The notes: generated by a model not told the origin, from the letters alone. A DNA stretch of 64,000 nt from Candidatus Omnitrophota bacterium (GCA_031423615.1 JANPFV010000055.1:474-64473), one strand, 5' to 3'; numbered from the stretch's first letter, positions 39,401 through 54,400 are shown. Program-made: numbers and translations.

Positions 39401-42400
39401 AACGGTGAATTAGACGGTTTTAAAAAACGCCTGGCAGAAATTAATAATTCGGATAAAGATACGCAAACGGATTTGTGGCTGAGGTTCCCGGTAAAATCTG
39501 ACGATGAAAATAACGATTACGATTCAATGTTGCAAGCTATAAAAGAATCGTTAAGAGATTCTGCATGGCATGCACGCGAAACTTTATTGTCGGAAATCGA
39601 AGCTTTAGAGGCTATGCCCGCCGGCGAAGATTTGGCAACGCAAAGAGAATTGCTCAATGACCTTTGGAAAAAAGCTGAAGCCATTGTGGTTTGGGAGGTT
39701 GATGGCGAGGAGTATGATTTTAGTTTATCGCTGTTTTCTAAATTGAAAGTCCTTGAGGAACGCATCGCGGTTTCGGAAAAACAATTGCGGGCCCGCTTGG
39801 CCAAAGGCTGGTTGGGCACCTTGCTTTATGACGGCATCATTGAGCGGACTTTAGAAAAACGCGTGGATGAATTGTTGCGGCATGAAAGCGATGAAGTTAA
39901 GCTGATGTATTTTTTGGCGTATGCTTTTGCAGATAGAATGCCGCAAAGTTTATTGAATATGGAACATATTGCCCGACCGATGGCGAGGGCGATTCTCTTT
40001 CAGCCGTATGGCAATAGAGTCGCTCCTCGGCATTGGAAATGGCGGGAAGTCGCCGCTCTTTTTCCGTCGCCCATTACCGGTGAAATAGCTAATGCTATTT
40101 CCAAACGTGTTGTGGAACTTTCCAAGGTTGATACGAAAACAATTGCCGCGCAAATTTCTCAAGAATTCGCTTCCCCCCCCGTTTCCAGCTGCGCGATAGA
40201 AAGTAGGGACAGACCCTACTTTTCTAATATTCAAACGACCAGCGGGCGTATTTCCGGAGAATTCAATCCGCCGTCGGTTTCCAGCTCCGCATTGGGTGCA
40301 TTATTGGCTAAAGCGCAAGCGATGGAACATGATCGATTATTGCATTTGTTGAGGCAAACCTTTCCTCAGGCGGCAGAGGAGCTTTTGGCGAGAGGACGTT
40401 TAGAAGAAAAGAATTGGACTTCTTTGGTGGCTATAAATGCACGGTTGTATTCATCTTTTGCGGACATAACGGAAGAAATTTTAAGGCTACACAGAATGGG
40501 CATTAAAAAAGTATGGTTGATTGGGATTTTTGCGGAAAGTTTGATCAGTGAAAAGTGCGGGCAGGCCAATTATGACCTTCGGTTAAATTATGGGGACCAA
40601 GAAGTTTATTTATATTTTGATCGGAATAATGACGGATCGATCATTTCCATCGTGAGGGAAACAAAAAGGGGAAGTAAAGATTTGAGCGCAGCGGCATTTG
40701 CCATCCCCGAGCATGAGCCCAGCAGCAAGTTAGGCGGCAGAGAAGAATTAAGAAAATTATTCCAGCGTACGGCTGGCATGGATATTTATGTGGATTTTGT
40801 TCCGCACAGTACATCGGTCGATTCAGCGTGGCTTCGTGATGAAAACATAATGACGGGCGAGGGATACTGGTATGTGTATAAAGATTTATCATCAGAAGAC
40901 CAACAAGCTCTTCACACTTGGGAAGAGGGACGTTATTTATCCGTCGAAAATGCAGGGAAACCCGAGACATGGATTCCTGCCCAAGAGCAATTTATTAGAA
41001 TAAGCGAGAAAATTCTTTCAGAAAATACTGGATACTTCCTCCACCGATCTACAAAATTGAATAAATGGATTCTGATTGTTTTAAGCCGAGATGCGACCAT
41101 GAAGCCGCGCGGGGAATATTTCAATGACATCCAGGTATTAATTGATTTGAGTAATTCTCAAGCGCGGCATGAATCGACCAAAGATGCAGTAGGTTTGGCC
41201 GAGCTTGGGGCCCGCGGTTTTAGGATGGATTCGGCGCAAACAGGTGTTGTCGGAAAGAAGGGCGAAGAAAGAGGGTTTATCGCAACGTGGAGTGATCATC
41301 AAATTACTAATCCTTCCTTAGGTAATAATCAGCAAGAACTCTATGAAGAGATGATTCCTGCTGTCCGTCTAGTGACACCTGATTTTGAATTCTTTGGCGA
41401 AGCCTTTTGGTTTTTTGATGTCTTAGAGCAGAGCGGATTCGACAATTTATTGCAGATATGGGTCTATATTTTAATGTCGCGGAAAAGAGACATTCCCCAG
41501 TTACGTAATTATCTCCAAAAGACGAGTTTGGATGAGCATAACCGACGTATGCACGGATCGATAAGTCATGATGATTCACCCAATTATCGATTTGAGCGGT
41601 TGGCGGATATATTGGCTGTAACGAAAAGATTTTTAACTCAAACGGTGATAACGGTGACAATTCCGGGGAGGGTTCTTTTTCATGATGAGCAATTAGGGTA
41701 TGGCTATTTGGTTGCCGCCACTAATCGCAGAATGGTGATCGATGATGTTGAGCATAAAGATGTCCGAAAGGCCTTTGAAGACATGGTGATCTTGGCCGAA
41801 GACCCGGTTTTAAGACGGGGAGAAATCCATGTTTTCCGCAATAATCATCCGCAAGTCTTGGCTTTTGCAAGATATATTCCGGGACGAGCGATAATAGTCA
41901 TAAGTTATCACGGTGCTTTTATTTCTCGAGCCAAGATTGAGAAGCTGGCTGAGCAATATGAATTAGAGTGGTCATCGGTGGCGCTATTCTTTGAACACGT
42001 TCAGTCGGGAGATGATCACCTGGTATTAAAGAGAGAATTTGATGAAATTATTCAACAAAGTCCTTTGCCAGAGGAGTTCAAGTCAGATCTGACAAGAGAA
42101 CTGCTTAAGGGACTGCAAGGGCAATCCGCTAGGGACTTGCTGGACTTGCGTGACGTTGCGCAGCAGATGGGAATTAGAAATGAGGATAATGCATTTTACG
42201 TATTGCTTGATCGATTAAACGGCGCTGTATTTTTAAGGACAGGTTCGGAATTAGTCAATCAGGGTTTATATGTTTCCTTGCTAGCTAATGAAAGTCATGT
42301 ATTTATGATTGAGCAGGTAAGGGGCGACAATAAACAGATCCGTAAAATTCTTAGAAAAGCGAAGGGGAAAGAATTATCAATTGCAAATATTTATCGTTTG

Positions 42401-45400
42401 GTTAACGACTTTGGCGTAAATGTATCATTTGTACCTACGGGCTTGCTTGCGAAAGCAGAAATTATCAGATTGCTTATTCAGCAAGGGGGAAATGTACAGG
42501 CTGTCTTGGCAATAATGGGAAACAATGAATCCGAAATCGATGTTGACGAAAGCCGTTCCTCATCCTCGATAGAAAGTAGGGACAGACCCTACTTTTCTAT
42601 TGGCAATGTCAGAATAAATATCCGAGGTCCCTATTTATCACCAGAGATCACGTCTCGTGTTACTTCCAGCGGTGACTATTCCTCTTCGGCAGTCCAAGCG
42701 ACAATTGTTGCTTTTATCTGGACTGTCCTCGTCTATGGTTTTACCAACTGGCTTTACCGACTGGCAAAGGCTCGCTTGCAAGAGGCTAGAGATATCCTTT
42801 ATGGTTTAAATGGGAAATACATGTTAAATGAACTTGAGAAACGAGGACTTTTAAACGAATTCAACGAATCATGGTTGAGCTATCAAGCATCAGAACTTCT
42901 CTTAGCAGACATTGTTTATGAGGAAACACATTTATATGATGGCTATTTGTTCATGTCAAAACAAATCGCTTTTTATTTTGTAGGATTCTTTGCGTTTTTA
43001 GCATTTCTCACCGCATTGAATAATCCAACGGGCTTGGCGTATTTTATAGCTGTCCCCAGCTGGTTTATTTCTCTTATGGCTTTGATCCATATTCCTCGTC
43101 ATGCTTATGAAAAAGGAGTGCGGTCACTGCAGAGAATTGCTGAATACAACGCCCGTCGGACCGTTTGGAATGATGAAAATACAATTGATGCAGTAAGCAA
43201 TCCTGATCAATCAGCCTCCTCGTCGCTGTATCTGATAGAAGATTCGTATTCCAAAATTATTCCAACATCTCAAAGGAATCTTAGAAATGCTGGTCATAAG
43301 ACAGCGTATTTTCTGACGCGTTTTTCTACCGTCGATAAAAGCCAGCAATGGGGTTCAGGTTCCGCTTCCAGCGCGGTGCATGAGAATTACACTGCTCTGC
43401 AAATTGAAAAAAGAAGGATTGATTGGGCTATTGCTGTGGCAGAGGCAAAAATAGCCCTTGCTCAACAGAAATTTGTGGAAGTGGATGAAAGTTTTCCGGA
43501 AGGAGAATTTCAAACATTGCGATACCATGCTTTTAAACTGAGCCTTTTGCTTGAGCACTTTAACAGGAGGATCCGCAAAAATCAAATGGGAGGGGCATTA
43601 ATGTGGGCTGGTCTTATTGCAGCCATATTTAATAGGAGAAATCCCAGTGCTCGACTTGACGCCGTGATTGTGGGGTTGATAGGGATGGCGTTAGAGGCTT
43701 TGGATTGGTTTGGGCAATGGTTGGAAGAATCCGTTCTTAAAATGGTACAACCCCAGCGGGAACTTGGTTGGGGGTACCGTCAACTTTATGCTTTGGAAAA
43801 AATGCGATTAGATGCGGTCGGCGATTTGGGTGAGTTACGCTCGGAAGCCGAAACCATTGAGAATAGAATTTTAAAGTATAAGAACAAACTCATAAATTGG
43901 CTGACCGCTCAAAATGAAATCAGTGAGATAAAGGTTTACCTTGCGTCATTTGTGGCTACTGGGGCGATATATTATCGAACACAACAGAATCAAAAAATTA
44001 TTATTGGACTGTACTTACGAGCGAGCATGGCCGCATTAAACAGTATTATTACAATGCAACGCAGTGGTGAAAATAATAATGAATTTGTTCAAACCGTTGA
44101 CACGTTCCTTAAACGGTCAATGGCGGGAATCATTGATCAGGATGACCAAATCGATGGTTTACAATTGATTTTAGTGGTTAATGAGGTCTACACTGAATTG
44201 CTCACACCTTTATCGCAATTACAGGTTCTTGCCCAAGCTGGACAGATTTCTGAGTTTGTTGTCAATGACCACGGCATCGATCTTTTTGCAACTTTGGCTC
44301 GTCATGGAATCACAACCAACGACATGACTTCTGACCGATCGTCCTCGTCTTTAGACGAAATAGTGACAGGCACTAATTTTTCTGGTTTTTCTTCGTCTAA
44401 ATCTCCCGCGGCCTCGTTGTCGGTTAAAAAATCTGTGCGATGGAACAAGGTTGTCAAAAGTAGGGACAGACCCTACTTTTCTGACAAACAAGATTCGCCA
44501 GAGGATGGAGAAAAAACGGTTTTGAATCCGGTCCGTTCTTCTTCGTCGATTGAACAAGGGAAAAAGCGTTCGGTCATTATCCCCACCTTTGTAAGTTCTT
44601 ACAAGCGGGTTTGGCGTTTATTAACATCCATCGGTGTTCCGGATTCTATACGGCCGAAAATAATTTTGATTCCCTTGGCTTTTGTTGCCTTGGTTTTCTT
44701 TGCGGTCGTAGGATTGTTCGGCAAGATTACAGATTTATGTTTTATCAAACAATTTTCAGGTGGGATAACGGATGAACAGCATCAAGGGAATACGGAAAGA
44801 AAATTTGCTCAGTCTATTTTGGCGTTTTGGCAATTTCTTACTCAACCGCTCACCGGAATCATGAAACAGGAATTAAATCTGCGCCTGCTTCCCGTCGTCG
44901 CCGCGTTATTCTTGGTCTCCGGCGGGTATTCTTTTCTCCCGATCTTTTTATTTTTGGCGGCGGGGCTTCTTTTGATAGGCTTTAGCAGAATTAAAATGGA
45001 TACAGCACGGGAGCTAACTACGCTCTTGCCGGTTATTATCGCGGTCAATAATTTGGCTGGATTGGTTCTTTTTGCCGTCCTGTCATTATTTTTGACCCAC
45101 CCTATCATTTTATCTGTGGGTCTAGGTGTGGCTTGGGTAGGTCTTACGGGATTGCATATTTTTATTTTAGTAAACCGGCAGAAATTCCTCGATACGTTAA
45201 AAAAGTTTGACCGTCAGTATGCCAATAGTAATTTACAACATCTCAGTACCGTTAAAATTGTCGAAGGTCAGGGCCCGGTCATTATTGCGGTGCATGGGAT
45301 TGGCCATAATGCAGTTATCGACTGGATGGTTTTGCGGCTTTTATTTCCCGGGCGGCCGATAGTCGTTCCTGTCAACTGGCGTTCCGATAATACGATGAAA

Positions 45401-48400
45401 GAATTTTTGAGCATGAATTTAGAAGAACAAGAGCGAAATCTTTTGATAAAACTAATCGGTGAAAAAGATAAAGCGATGCGCGCTTTGCTCTTTTTGGCTT
45501 GGATGATTGGTTACTTTGAGAGAAAAAGCGGCCAACCCGTTATGATGCTGACCTATTCTCTTGGCGGACGCAGGCTCTTGTCGCTTTTTAGTGACAAGGA
45601 TTTTGCTAGAACCGTGAAGGAAAAGAGTTATCCACAAAAATGGCTTAGGCTGGCGGAAAGTATCAAACGAGAAGTCATCACCGCAATTCCCGTCGGAAGA
45701 GTAGGATCATCACGATTGCTTCATTCTGTCCAGCTTATGGGCATGGTCATTGTAGCAAATTTGTTGGAAGCCACTTTAATCATTATTCGTATGCTCATTA
45801 TGGCCAATTGGATGATTAGGATTTTTGAAGCCGGCCGTCTTCGTCATGAGACCTACGATAGCATTGTGAAATATTCAACCAAGCAGAGTTTGCGGGTCCA
45901 GACGTTATGGTTGTTAAGGAAAATAAGTTTGAGCCCGCGAAGAATTAAAAAACTTAAACAAATGATGAATGGGATAGCGCTTCATATTGTCGTTGGAGAA
46001 ACCGATCACGTCACGCCCCTGGACACGAATCGTGTTTTTGCTGAAAGAATCGGTGCTACTTTCTCGGTCATTCCTCACGCGCATCATAAGGGTGTGATTT
46101 ATTCGGTCCAGTATTTAAAAGTTATTAGACAGCTGCTCAGTGATGAGGAGCAAGGCCCGGTTGATATTGCAGAATTGCTGAAAGGTTTGGTTATAGAAAA
46201 TGTGACCTTTGCCCAACAAGGTCAACAGTACAACACGGAATCCTCAATGTCGGATGCCATGGCTGGCGTCGTAACCACGCTTAATGAGTTTGCCGGTTCT
46301 TATGTCGAAGCCCTTTGGCCAAAGAGTTTGACGCTGAAAGTTACCGAATCTTCTTTTTTAACTCATGACCAATTCGTTTATTTGGAAAACAGCCAGACCG
46401 CGATTATTCATGCTGATTTCTTTAAACTGGCGCCTAAAATGCGAAAGGGTATTTTGTACGGTGTGTTCGTCGGACAAATCGCTCGGCAAGTCGAGAATGA
46501 TTTTCAAATGAGAGTAGCTACCGACCGGTTATATGACGCCATTGATGAGCAGGAAAACGGAAAATCAAATTGGGATTCTCACTCGGCCTTTTTCGCTTTG
46601 AAAAGCGAGTTGAAAGAATTAAAAGACCGCATATGGACAAGGGTCCACCCGGTTCTTTTGCCGCCGGTGGTAAAAGTGCAGCGGGAATATGATATGGATC
46701 AATATATCCGCCATCACCCGCCTTCTCGTCTTTCCAAAAATCATAACACCGACGTCTCTTCCTCGGCCCTAGAAAGTAGGGACAGACCCTACTTTTTGCA
46801 GAAAGTAGTGGCAGGCACTAATTTTTTTAGCTCTTCTTCTTCGATTTATTCTTGCGCTTCTTCATCGGTGGAAGAACCTATGCAGTGGAATAATTTTGTG
46901 GGTAAAGAAGCCATTTCCCACGCATTAAGCGAAGTGACCCAGCCGTTAAGTCTGGAGGACCATTTATTGAAAACCGTACCGCAAGATTATCAGCGAAGCC
47001 GACAGAGATATGCCAGGAGTCATCAGAATTCTGATCAAGGATATAATAGTGCGCTAATTAAGGAGTTTTTGGATCTTTATGAAATCATGATAGGACATCC
47101 AGGGGGATGGACGATAGAGCAGTTATGGAATTTGTTTTCCCATATTCAAAAAGCCCACCCGCGTTATATAAATTCTAGAGAATTCCTGGTTGAGATGTTT
47201 GTATTTTTTCAGAAACAAAAATATCCTTTTGAAAGACAAGGTCCCTTGTGGTCATTGACCGGGCCCGTGCAGTTACAGCTCAATATTATATTACCTCCTC
47301 GGATCGTGAATGGCGCAGGCTTGCGCAAATTTCGTCTGGACGTCAAATTAGGAATAGAGGATGCGGCAAAACGTTTAGGTACTTCCGTAGTTAGTTTGAA
47401 AAAGGCCGAGAACCAAAAAGGGCCGGTGCGATTTAATGATCTTTCAATGTGGCCGCGAATAGTTGAGCAGTATGGGTACGACAAGATGGCGGTGTGGTTA
47501 TTAATCGCTCAGTTGCCCTACGAAATTGCTATAAGACGCAGTACGCTGGGGCAAAGATTTGCGTTGGTGGGATTGGCAAACGGAAAAACGATGGAGCAAT
47601 ATGCAGAAATACTGGGTATCCATAGAACCGAGTTACATTTAATCATTGCCGGTAAGAAATTCCCTCCTCCGGAGGTTTTAGACCGCATGAACTCCTATTT
47701 TGGTATCTCTGATCAAGATCTTTTAGCCCCAACGGAAGGAATCGTTGTTGAGGGATGGCCTTTGAACAAAGCGCTTTTGGAGATGGGAAGCAAGATTAAG
47801 ATTTTCTTATACCCCAGTCTTTATCAAAGGATAGCGACCGCCCGATCCAAAGATATTTGGGTGATGTTGACAGGGCATAAAAAGGATGAGGCTTTGGCAA
47901 TGACCTTACCGCACCGACGACTAGAGCTTTGGCGTCTTGTTGTGGGTCTTACTGTCCTAGAATTGGCTGCTCAGATGCAAATAAATAACGATACATATTA
48001 TTCCCATATTAGTGGTGAGATAAATATTCCAGAAATACAAAAGATAAAATATGAAGAAATTTTTGCTCCCGCGACAAGAGCAGAACTCTTTGGTAACGAA
48101 AGTCCAACCGTAAAAAGTAGGGACAGACCCTACTTTTCTAATAATTCTGAAGTTTCTTCTTCGACGATTAGTTCCGCATTATTTATAATAAACCAGATTA
48201 GGGCGTTGATCCTTATCAAAGCAATAAGAGCTGTTTTCGCTTCTCCGCTTCTTTATGCAATTTCCCTTCTGTGGCCAATGTTACCCTTCTGGTATTTACT
48301 TGCGGGAGTGTTCCTGTTGTTAATGATTCATGGGTTTTACCGAAAGCACACCACACATTTTTTCCGTATCAGAGAATTCTTCGTCGAAGTGTTGATTGGG

Positions 48401-51400
48401 CGTTTGATAAGGAGCATAAAGGAAAGCCGTCAACAGAGAATTATAATTCATTCCGCCGGGGCCGCTGATTTTAAAGAAGCGGTTTCTATCGCAATCGCTA
48501 TTTTAGAGGATTATAAAAACCATCCGGGAACATGGAACGGCGTTGATCCGCAGAACAGTGTCGTGATTTATGCAACAGAAGGTAGTGAAAGATTATTTGC
48601 GAAAGGTTCGACTCTTGTATACAGCATTGATGAAGTTTGGTACAACGGGCTTACCGGTGTCGAGCGGTACGATTATTTTGATCGGCTTGAGCGGGATGGG
48701 AAAGAATATTATATTGCCAAGCCTGTTATTCAAGAGATGATTCGCCCTATCAGGGCAGATTTAGAAAATGTTTCCCTTCTTGAATCTGTCGATATCGTCT
48801 TGTTGCTTCATGCAATGCATTTGAATACACCGGCCAAGATAAAAAAAATCGTCGGCAATCTAAAAAGCTCATTGAATGATCAGGGTGTTTTTATTGTGCG
48901 GCATGGTCATTGGGGCATTCCTTATAGAAATATCTTAAAAGAAATCTTTCACGACGTTAAGGCCAAAACTTTATTCCACCCACGCGTGCATTATGAAAAT
49001 TCCCCCTATGACAGCGTAAATTTATTTGGTTGGGAAGGTATTTGGCTAATCCCGCTAATTCTGATATTAAAATTAGTTTTGAAAGAGGCCTCTTATCAAA
49101 AGTTAGTTGATCTGAGCCCGAAGGGCATTGAACCGTTTGAAATCTATTCTTACCGCGAAACGGATACGGAAAGGAAAAGTAGGGACAGACCCTACTTATC
49201 TAAGAATTCTGAAGTTTCTTCTTCGACGATTAATGACGGGGCAAAGGAAAAAGTAGGGTCTGTCCCTACTTATTTGGCGGTATTTTCAAATGAAAGTGAG
49301 GGAAATAGCTTTGGCGATTTAGGCGTCGTCGTTGTTCGTTCCTCCGAGCTTGTTGCTGATAGAGCGGGTAATACTTCAAGCTGGTATTATTCGCAGGTCA
49401 TTCAACATTTCATTGCGAGCGAGACGGGAGTATCACTGCCATCTCCTGTTATTAGATATAATCCAATTGAAAAATTATTGGGGTATTTAGATGAAAATGC
49501 CGCAGGTCGCAATCGTAAAGGCAACGCTGACGGTGTCATTTCAACAGAAGTTATTTTTTATAAGTGTGAGAATCAGCGTGGCGAAGCCACGTATTCATTA
49601 AAAGCAACGATTCGCCAAGAGGGACTGAAATCGCCAGATAGAAATTGGGAGATGATAAAAGCAAATGAGGTAGGATTCAATCAGCTTGGTGCACTATTTC
49701 TTATTAGAATATTGGGTCAAATGCGATTTCAAGAAACTCATTATTTAGGAGAAGGTCAGGGTTTACAGTCGTTGGGTTTTCTTATGAAAGAAACAACCGT
49801 TCGGTTAGAGTATGAACGAATGCGAAATGGCATATTTGAAACGAGAGTGTTCATCGACCTTGATCCTCTATTAGCAAAATATGCTAATAATAGAATTTCT
49901 TCCTCCGCCTCAATAACTACCCGACATCCCGATTTATCTGCCTCGTCGGCGATTTCATTGCTCCATTTTGCTGCTACGGATTCGCATCCTTTATTCGGCA
50001 TTTGGGCGAAAGGGTTAAGCGCCCGCGATGAACTGATCTTCGCGGCCCGTCAATCAGGGTTTTTAGGACACTATATTCAAGACCGCCTCGAGCATTCTTT
50101 CAGGGGCCACATCGGAAATATTTATCAGCCGCCGCAAGCTGACTATCTTGTGATGTTGAATCTTTATTGGGAAGGCGTTCGAGCGAATGTGACGCAGCAT
50201 ACCTATGGTGACGCAGTGTATCTCTGGCGTGAATCCGCAGCGGGATATGAGTTTTTGATGTTGGATTACGGGACGGGCGTTATTAATCGCGATGGCAAGC
50301 CGGTTGAGGATATCAGTCAAATTTTCAATTTAAAGTCATACCGCCAGGGCGGGTATGCCCCGGACGGTGTTGAGCGTGGCGGCGGCCAGGGTCTGGGGAC
50401 TAAACATGTCTCTGATTATACATATTTGACACGATTAATTTCAGTCAATGCCGGACGAGTCAGGATCGTTGAGAAAGCTGTACCGGGTTCTACGCTATTC
50501 TCACGGATCGCAACGAAAACGATCCAGACAAACTTTGACTTGACCGAGCTGGGGATTGACCGTAAGAAAGTGGCTGGCGTTATCGTCCAGGGATTTGTTC
50601 CTATTGAAGAAAAATTTTATAGTGGGAGATTCTCCCCGGTTACAAAAGACAGCATTTTGGCGGCCGTTCATACAGAGAGCGCCCTGCCGCGAATAAGGGG
50701 TTCCTGGCAAATTCCTTGGGCATCAGGTTTAGACCGGTTGAAAGCTGGTGATGCCATCACGATTATTTATTATCACCCAGCTGAGAAACAGCAAGTCGTG
50801 GAGATGAATGTTACATTGAAGTCATTGCCGTTTTGGGAGGGCGGCCCGATGTTCTCTATCGAAGGCGGACGCATTTTGCACGATAGTAAGCTCACGTATG
50901 TAAGAGCGCCCAAAGGCGAAAGAGAATTAAAGGGCGGCTTCGATTTTCTTAACGCCATCGCTGCTTTAGATATTAAAAGAGGGGATCAGGTCATTATTCG
51001 GTACAATGATACTATTATGATCGACGAAAAAGTGGAATTAACCGGTACTATCCGTGCGGTTCCGGCGCCGGAGAACCAGGGCGTTTTTGAAATTGAACAC
51101 CATGGCGGCGTATTGGACATCGGGCCAACTCATATTAAAGAATTTGTTAATGTCGGGAAGACACCGACAGGCATTCATTTATCCGCCGGTTCTTCTTTAA
51201 TCACCCCAAAGAAAGTAGGGACTGTCCCTACTTACTACAGGGCTAGTTCCGGACTAACAAAAGCGCAGAGGGAGCGGATTGAAGTTAATTATCAAATTAC
51301 TTTACGGAGAATTCCGATATTTGGTATCGAGTGGGCGGGGGATTTTAAGCGTGATTTTGCTGGTGAGGATCCGGAAATCACCATAGCTATTTTAAGGAGA

Positions 51401-54400
51401 TTGATCGCTCTGGGCGATCCAGCGATTAATAAAGGTGTCGCGTGGATCCTGCAAGATCCATACTATTTTGGACATAATGTTTTAGCGACGATTGATGAAA
51501 AGTACGAGGCGGGAGGGGACATCAACCGGTGGCTCGGCGAAAGACACAATATAGGTATTAATGCTGCAGTTCTTGATTTGGTGCGATATGTATTCTTGAC
51601 GGAAACTCCCGGTGCAGCCAAACACGCCCGCGCCAAGTTTATTTTGGAGGCCCAATATGGTTTTAATAAAATTGCGGGGATAGGCGGCCTGCCCGCATTA
51701 CTAAGAAATCCGCGCAAACTTTACGGCGATGTGTCCGATATCACCGCTATTATGCCAAAAGCCCGCCGAGTCTTGGACGAAGACCTAGGTCTTAATTCGA
51801 CGCAGATTGTTTCACTTCCGACCCAATATGGTTTTGAAATCTATGTCGTTTATCTTGGCGCACAACCCACGGGCAGTTTCAAAGTTTGGATTGCTTACGG
51901 GATTATTAAAGCGCTCCGGGACAACCCGAATATTGATACGATCATCCTCGCTACGACGGGAAATCAAGGTATTGCCAATTCCTATATCGGCCAGATATTA
52001 AGTCAAAAGCTTGGGCGCCCAATCAAGGTCATCATTTATACCCCCTACGACACACCGTCGGTCAAGATTGACGCCATGGAATCTTATGATGCAGATGTTC
52101 GCAGGGATCCTGACGTTAAAAATTATGACCAGTCGGTCACCGTTGCGAAAAGAGCATATGAAGAAATAAAAGACCATGCTTATTTTGTCGATCATGCGGG
52201 GGCGGAGGCGCTGATCTCCTATGCCGCTCTCGGGGACACGATCCTTGATACCTTTGAATCAATGACCGGCAATTTGCAGGATACCGCGATAATCGGTCAA
52301 ATAGGCGCGGGAGGGCTTTTAAGCGGGGCTGCGGCGGCAGCGAAGTTCCGTAGTCTCACGACACTCGTCTTCGGCACACAAAGCCTTTTGACCCGTCACG
52401 CTTATGAATCGTTTGTGTGGGGAGAGATCAGAAAATATGTTTATGATAATCAAGCCCTGATTCGCTCAACCGGCATTGACACCAAAGAATTAGAAAAGCT
52501 CGCTTTTGAAGTTTTACGGAAAACATTAGACGGCATGTTCCTCGTTGATGAGAACAACATCGATGCGGCGATCAGGCTGTACCATCGCAGCGGAATCATC
52601 GCCGAACCTGCCGCCGTCCTCCCGTATTTGGCATTTGTAGTATCCCGTCGAATTTTGCAGAGACTCGGTGTTAAGAAAGTGCTTTTGTTGTCGAGCGGGA
52701 GCAATATTTCACCCGCAGATCATGCGCGTGTCATTGCTTCTGAAATAAATAAAATAAATAGGGACGGCGCCTATTTATCCCATGTATCCGCGGCTGTTTC
52801 CTCCTCATCGGCGGTTGAACGCAATGACGTTCTGACGAAGTTGACGGCGCGAGCAGTGGAGGTTGCCAGACAATCTACGGTTTCCAGGTTATCAGGACTG
52901 CCAAAAGTCGGGGCATTGGTTGTTGATTGTGATGGGAATATCGTCGGCGAAGGGTATAACAAAGAGTTTGGCGGCGATTTGCATGCAGAGCATGCGGCGA
53001 TACTCAGCGTTGTTCACAATTATTTACGAACACGACATGATGATTCAGACAGAAAAATGGTGTCCATATTAGCGATTTCAATTGTGATCTGGCCATACTT
53101 AAATCGGCGCGAACGTGGATATGAAAGAAACTTTGAAGATTTAACGCGTCGTTTCCTCCAGTTAGCAGATCAGACGGAGTTGAGTTTTAATGATCTCTCC
53201 TTAATCGTTACAATGGCTCCTTGTACTCGATGCTCGGCTCTGATCGGTAAACTTGGGTTCAGGTCAGTCTTCTATCCGGAGAATTCTTATCCTTCGCAAC
53301 GGGGTCTTAGTATTCTTGAAAAAAGTGGTGTAACCACTTTTGGTCTTCCTGTTGAAATTGATCAGGATCTTCAGGGTTGGGCGTTTAGATTATTTAATCG
53401 CTTTCCGTGGATATACAAAACGAGCCATAAGTTACTTCGTCAGTTGCGGGGTAATAAAGAAGGAAATGAAGATCGTAGGAAAAGTAGGGACAGACCCTAC
53501 TTTCCTGACAATCCCGATGTTTCGTCGTCGGCCCTTGTTCTTCCTGCAACCTTCCTAGCAGAAGGGTTAAAAGTAGGGTCTGTCCCTACTTTTTCGTTTG
53601 TGGCGGAAGTGATCGGTTCTTTGGGAGCTATCCCGCCAGGGGCAACAGTTCAATATAATGGAATGAATAATAGCGGAAATCAGTTTGGATTATTGCCGAT
53701 AAAACTTAGTGCGCAAGGACAGGCGTTCTTGGGGACTTTTGCGAAGAATTCCGGGATCCCCGAACAGGCTAAACTTTTAATTTTTAAAGCGGGAGACGAT
53801 AATTATAATGGGCGCTTTAAAGACATGGGGCCATTAGCTGTTGGATTGATCTTTGATGTTGCGGCACAAAGTCAAAAAGGTTATTTTGACTTTTCATTCT
53901 TATGGCAGATATCAGGAACACATCCAGAATTTTATTTTAAAAACGCCAAAGAAACTTTAAAGAGCAATAGACTTGATAATTGGATTGCATTTCAAATTGA
54001 CAAAAAACCAGCAGTCATTCGTCCATTTGATGGCCAACTGAAAAACAGTGGCTATTTCTTAGAGTTGCTAATTATTTCACCGCTCAGGGATCAAGCTCAT
54101 TCTTATTCTGGTTTTTATAATTTGGAAGTGGAGATGGAAAGCCTGGAAGTTTTTCCTTTTAATGCTCCTGCCAGTGTTGATATGCAAACAGTTATATACA
54201 ACAACAGAAGATTATTGAAGTCCAAGCGCGTTCATGTCATTGGCTCCGGCTTGGGAATCGATGTTGTGATGGCTTTAAAGCATGGGGCCCGGGAAGTCAG
54301 TTATTTTGACATTAATCCGGTTCATCAGCTTATAACAGGCTGGAATGCTTTGTATGCAGAACACAATGGCGAGTTTTCTTTAGCAGGGCGTTCTCGTTCT

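Noticed and set aside
53340-53558. + strand ORF in a different frame inside the giant gene containing 'KVGTDPTF'
   Set aside because: This is simply palindrome copy 9 read in the +1 frame. It is fully overlapped by the giant CDS frame, which carries the conserved KSRDRPYF reading.
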